A model generated the notes under the pieces. That model did no database searches. It saw only the letters and a program-made list of their open reading frames with translations, and had not been told where the DNA came from. DNA of 64,000 nucleotides from Azolla caroliniana (Eukaryota; Plantae; Polypodiophyta): the NCBI GenBank assembly GCA_043228905.1, contig JBHGNT010000008.1:17918001-17982000 (forward strand), read 5' to 3'. Positions within the stretch are counted from its first letter, which is position 1. Every line of letters begins with the position of its first letter. This document shows positions 59,971-64,000 of the stretch, one piece after another. The position numbers and the translations under genes were made by a program.

Positions 59971-62639
59971 TTGTGTGTGCAGAGCGTCGAGGCAACGCGT
60001 TGTTGAATTGAAGACACGAGAGAGGGGAGGGAGAAATCGTAAACCTGCAGAAAGAAAGAAAGAAAGAAAGAAAAAGTAAAAGGCCTTCTTCCTTCTTCAA
60101 TCAATTGACTGGCAAACAAGACGGACATCTTCTCTTTCTCCTTTGAGAGACACACCGGGAAGTATCATTATTTATTGTTGTAGTAGATGTGTGCCTTCCT
60201 TCCAATATGTATGGATGTGTGGGGCACGATATTTGCAAGCACAACATTCATCACATCCTACATGTGACTAATTCTCAAATGTGTTTTGAGAGTTGCAATG
60301 CTATGACAATAGCATGCAAGACGCGAGGGCACATGCTTGAATGTTTTAGAGTCCCTTACTAACCATTTGCCTATTCCGTTTCACATATCGGCACGATTTT
60401 GTCATGACCGAGGATATGCTACACATTAAAATGTAATAGGCGATATTGGTACCATATTCTATAATGATTACACCTAATTATGTGATAACAATGGTCACGT
60501 GATGTAGAAAGTTGCAAGGTGGCAGTCATTAATGGTCTATCGTTTGCATACATAATTCTATAGAAAGTGTGTCCAGTTACAACTTTGTTCTCAAGAAGCT
60601 CAACAACCAACCATTCTATTTACTTGTCTTCCTCATTGCTCGTGTATCTCCTTTTCTGTGCTTTTGTGATATTTTATTCACAACTCATCTCGCACTTTGG
60701 ATGTCATTTCACATCCCTACCATTTTGAACTTCTTCTAGCATCATGATCCCTTTTACGAACCTTATTGACATTATGGCAAACTAATCAATTACAATTGGA
60801 AAGTGTTGTGCTTCGCGAGTCCTTCCTATAAGAACATTGCCCTTCTGTTGCACACAACCAAAGGCACCATTTAGTTTGGCCTCTCGTTTGGACCCAAATG
60901 TAGGATTTAATGATAAACATGATGGCAATTAGGACCTTATACATGGGTTCATCAAACAAGTTCCACTTATCATGTGTCTCTAACCCTAGTGTATATTGAC
61001 AATTTGAATTCCGTAGGTCTTGCCAATACACTCCTAATAGGGCCAGCATAGGTAGGGTCTACTTCGTTCACAAAATAATCATCAACATTGTTGGAACACT
61101 TCCTCATGTTTTTGGCAAGCTAAGAAGGTACTTTCAGTGAAAATTACAATTCGTATCTTGCAGTCAATAAACACTCCCACCTACAACAAGGTTCGTCAAT
61201 TGGCATGCCATGCCCATTGGATTGAACAACCCCTCCTAAGACAACTTGAACAATCCTTACCAAACCAATTACAACTCAAATTTGTGACATAGGGATGGGC
61301 TCCATCCAACCTACTCACTAGTCACTATGCCATGGGAGGAAGTGAGTTGGGAGGATTTTCTCACAATAAGGATTAGGCAACTTGAGAAGATGTCCACAAC
61401 ATAGAGATAACCATAGAGCAATCGAAGAAAGAAAGGGTCAAAGGCAAAGAATGGTTTGATAGTGACATTGCCTTCAATTGAGAAAATTTAACGAAGAAGA
61501 GTTTATGTTGGTTTACTAGAAGAGCTTCGACAACCAACACAACTCATACTAAAGTTTACAAACCAATGGTTTCCTTCAGATATGGTGATTAGGAGTTCAA
61601 ATGATAATGTCATTTACCACATCCTTGATGGAACAATATTGGTGGTGCCCACTGTGGGAGAAGAATTAAAATTTTCCAATAACTAGTAGGAAGACAACCC
61701 AATTTTGATAGAGATCCCGATAGTTCAACATATGCATTTAGGTAATAATTTGTAGAGGCCACTTATATGTTGAAAGATATTGCCCGAGTTTGTGACATTG
61801 AATGCAATTATAGGTGAGAGCCATGCATGTTAGATGTATTTACTATTGAATAGAACGTTTAGGTTCTATCTTATCATGTGAAAAGTCAGAAAAACAAGTT
61901 ACATGCTCCATACATAGTTTCATAGGATCTATAAAATGATGAGGGTGAGATTGTGTATTCTTCGTAGGGGAATGCATTAGGAATCATAGAGAGGTTTGCA
62001 AGCCCGCAAACATGTACACACAGTTCTTTCATGGACACGTGAATATGTTGTATTGATAACGTCGACGGGTAGGTGTGTAGGTGAGGTGTGTATTAGGAAG
62101 GGGCGAGGTGAAAAACTTACATGGCAAACTCACAAACACTACATATGCCTAAAGCTTACAAATTCACAAGCGTTACATGTAAAGCTTCTGATACACCCCG
62201 AAAGGCACCTTTTGAATGTTGTCAAGAGAACTACCCAAAAAATGGTAGAATATTTGAAAAAACATTAAGTTTGGTCCTCCGTTCATAAGAAGCATCTCAA
62301 GAGACGGAGACAGAGACACACACTTAGAAGTTCGACCACACATCTCTCTCTCTCTCCCCTTAGTTTCCGGACGAAGTAAGCAAACAAGTACGCACCCACC
62401 CACCCCCATCGCTACAGAAACACAGACACTCAAGAAACATAAGAGTATACGGCACTCAAGAAACACAAGAGTATGTCTAAATACGTATATATATACATGT
62501 GTAGAATTCAGCCTGTATCCTCATCCATCATCTCTCTCTATCGTCCTTCCAACAGACCCTTCCAAGCCTCGCTCTCTATCTCTGCCATAGCTTAGAGCAT
62601 ATACAACACATTGCTCCTATTATCCGAGAAAGTGAGGAC

Positions 62640-63347
62640 ATGGCTTCCCTCCCCAATTCTGTATTGCTCGCTCTCAGGCTTGTATTTGTAGCTTTATGTG
62701 TCGCAGCTCCAGGCCAGCTTGCGGGCGCAGCAGACGAGGATCCGTTGCAAGATTTTTGCGTGGCCGATTATAATGATGGTTATACCGCCATCACAATCAA
62801 CGGGCGCACATGCAAGCCCGCCTACAAAGTCACAGCCGAGGACTTCACGTCCACCGTGCTGCGATCATCGGCCGCAGATCCTCGGCCCAACAATGGTGTG
62901 CAGGCGATCGTGACCCTCGCCTCTGTCGACAACTTCCCGGGGCTCAACACGCTGGGCCTGTCCATCGCTCGCATCGACTTCCCGCCAAAGGGACTCAACC
63001 CTCCCCACGTCCACCCCCGTGCCACCGAAGTGCTGTTGCTAGCTCAGGGCACGCTCACCGTTGGCTTCATCTCCACCAACAATACCCTCTTCCAGGCCAC
63101 ACTGTATGCGGGCGATCTCTTCGTGTTCCCCCGTGGCCTCCCTCACTTCCAGATCAACCCCGACGAGAAGATTGAAGCGCTAGCCATCTCTGCCCTGAAC
63201 AGCCAGAATCCAGGGGTCTCTCAGCTTGCGGCCGCCCTGTTTGCCGCGAAGCCACCAGTGCCAGGGATTGTGCTCCAGAATACATTCGGCATCGACCAGG
63301 CGGAGGTGGATGCCCTCACAGCCAGTGTGGAGGCTACGGTGGCTTGA
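62640..63347 (+). CDS. Germin-like protein, intronless, plus-type copy 4 (235 aa)
   Basis: Intact ORF with signal-peptide-like N-terminus and all germin boxes; close paralog of 35347-36057. Confidence 0.96.
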   Translation: MASLPNSVLLALRLVFVALCVAAPGQLAGAADEDPLQDFCVADYNDGYTAITINGRTCKPAYKVTAEDFTSTVLRSSAADPRPNNGVQAIVTLASVDNFPGLNTLGLSIARIDFPPKGLNPPHVHPRATEVLLLAQGTLTVGFISTNNTLFQATLYAGDLFVFPRGLPHFQINPDEKIEALAISALNSQNPGVSQLAAALFAAKPPVPGIVLQNTFGIDQAEVDALTASVEATVA

Positions 63348-64000
63348 GCTAAGGTGGTGGCTCAAATGTCATATAGCATGAGCATCATCATCTACGCACC
63401 ATCTATCTACTGAATAAATGATTACAAGTTACAACGCTCTTGATTGGCGATTGTCCACCATTGGTAATTGTGGTTTATGAATGGACATCGTGGTTGTACT
63501 TGCATTGAATAAGACAGCCACAGGCCTCCGTTGTTGCTGACGTACTACTGTAGTTTATGATTGACGTGTGCACATTCAATGAGCAACAGATATAAGTTAT
63601 AACCACGTTTTATTATTGTCTCCTAAAGTCAAATATCACCGAATAGATTGCACATTATGATTGTTAAACATAAGGAAATTGTGTGTAGGGAGTACGCACT
63701 ATGTGTGGAAAATAATAACAAAAAGCAAAATATTAATATTAGTAGTAGTTGGTTTCTTTTGAAGACATGAAGGAAATAACCTCGGGTGGTGGTCTTTTCA
63801 CTAAAGCCTAAATTTGACGGGTTAGTATTAAAGTTTTTTGAGGTGCATTTTCTAAAGATGTATCTCATATGATATAAGATTGCAAAAACCAACATGTCAT
63901 TTCACATAAAAAAATTTAAAATGAAAAGCTCCATATATTGCTACATTGTTATACATTTCATTACTATAAAAAGTACAAAAAGATACACAAATCAAGATAA

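Larger units (their letters stand above)
57837..64000 (+). repeat. GLP divergent-pair unit, copy 2 (runs off the window end)
   Basis: Colinear with 31028-36640. Confidence 0.93.

Overview
Eukaryotic plant nuclear DNA, probably a non-seed land plant (inference from Tcn1-like chromoviruses and RTEX-like LINEs). The only host genes I can support form a germin-like protein (GLP/cupin) cluster in birth-and-death evolution. It has four intact intronless genes (369-1100 -, 31770-32522 -, 35347-36057 +, 62640-63347 +) and at least four pseudogene or deletion remnants. A divergent minus/plus GLP pair unit is duplicated (about 31.0-36.6 kb vs 57.8-64 kb). The rest is mostly nested, decayed transposons. 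One block is a four-level nest at 9.9-28 kb (LINE > Gypsy > Copia > full-length LINE), followed by more Copia pieces, a solo LTR, a hAT end and an L1 fragment with a target-site duplication (TSD). A rearranged Gypsy/LINE knot lies at 45.5-57.8 kb. The most unusual signals are: (1) a coding chromovirus whose LTRs carry a canonically spaced tRNA-type A/B box and which appears to self-prime reverse transcription; (2) a LINE whose ORF2 has no AUG and follows ORF1 in frame after one AAA-UAG-GGA stop; (3) an inside-out TSD that circularly permutes a LINE ORF1; (4) a fold-back copy of an LTR hairpin; (5) RTEX-like LINEs sharing a 3' stem-loop and sitting in microsatellites. All alignments and counts were made by eye.
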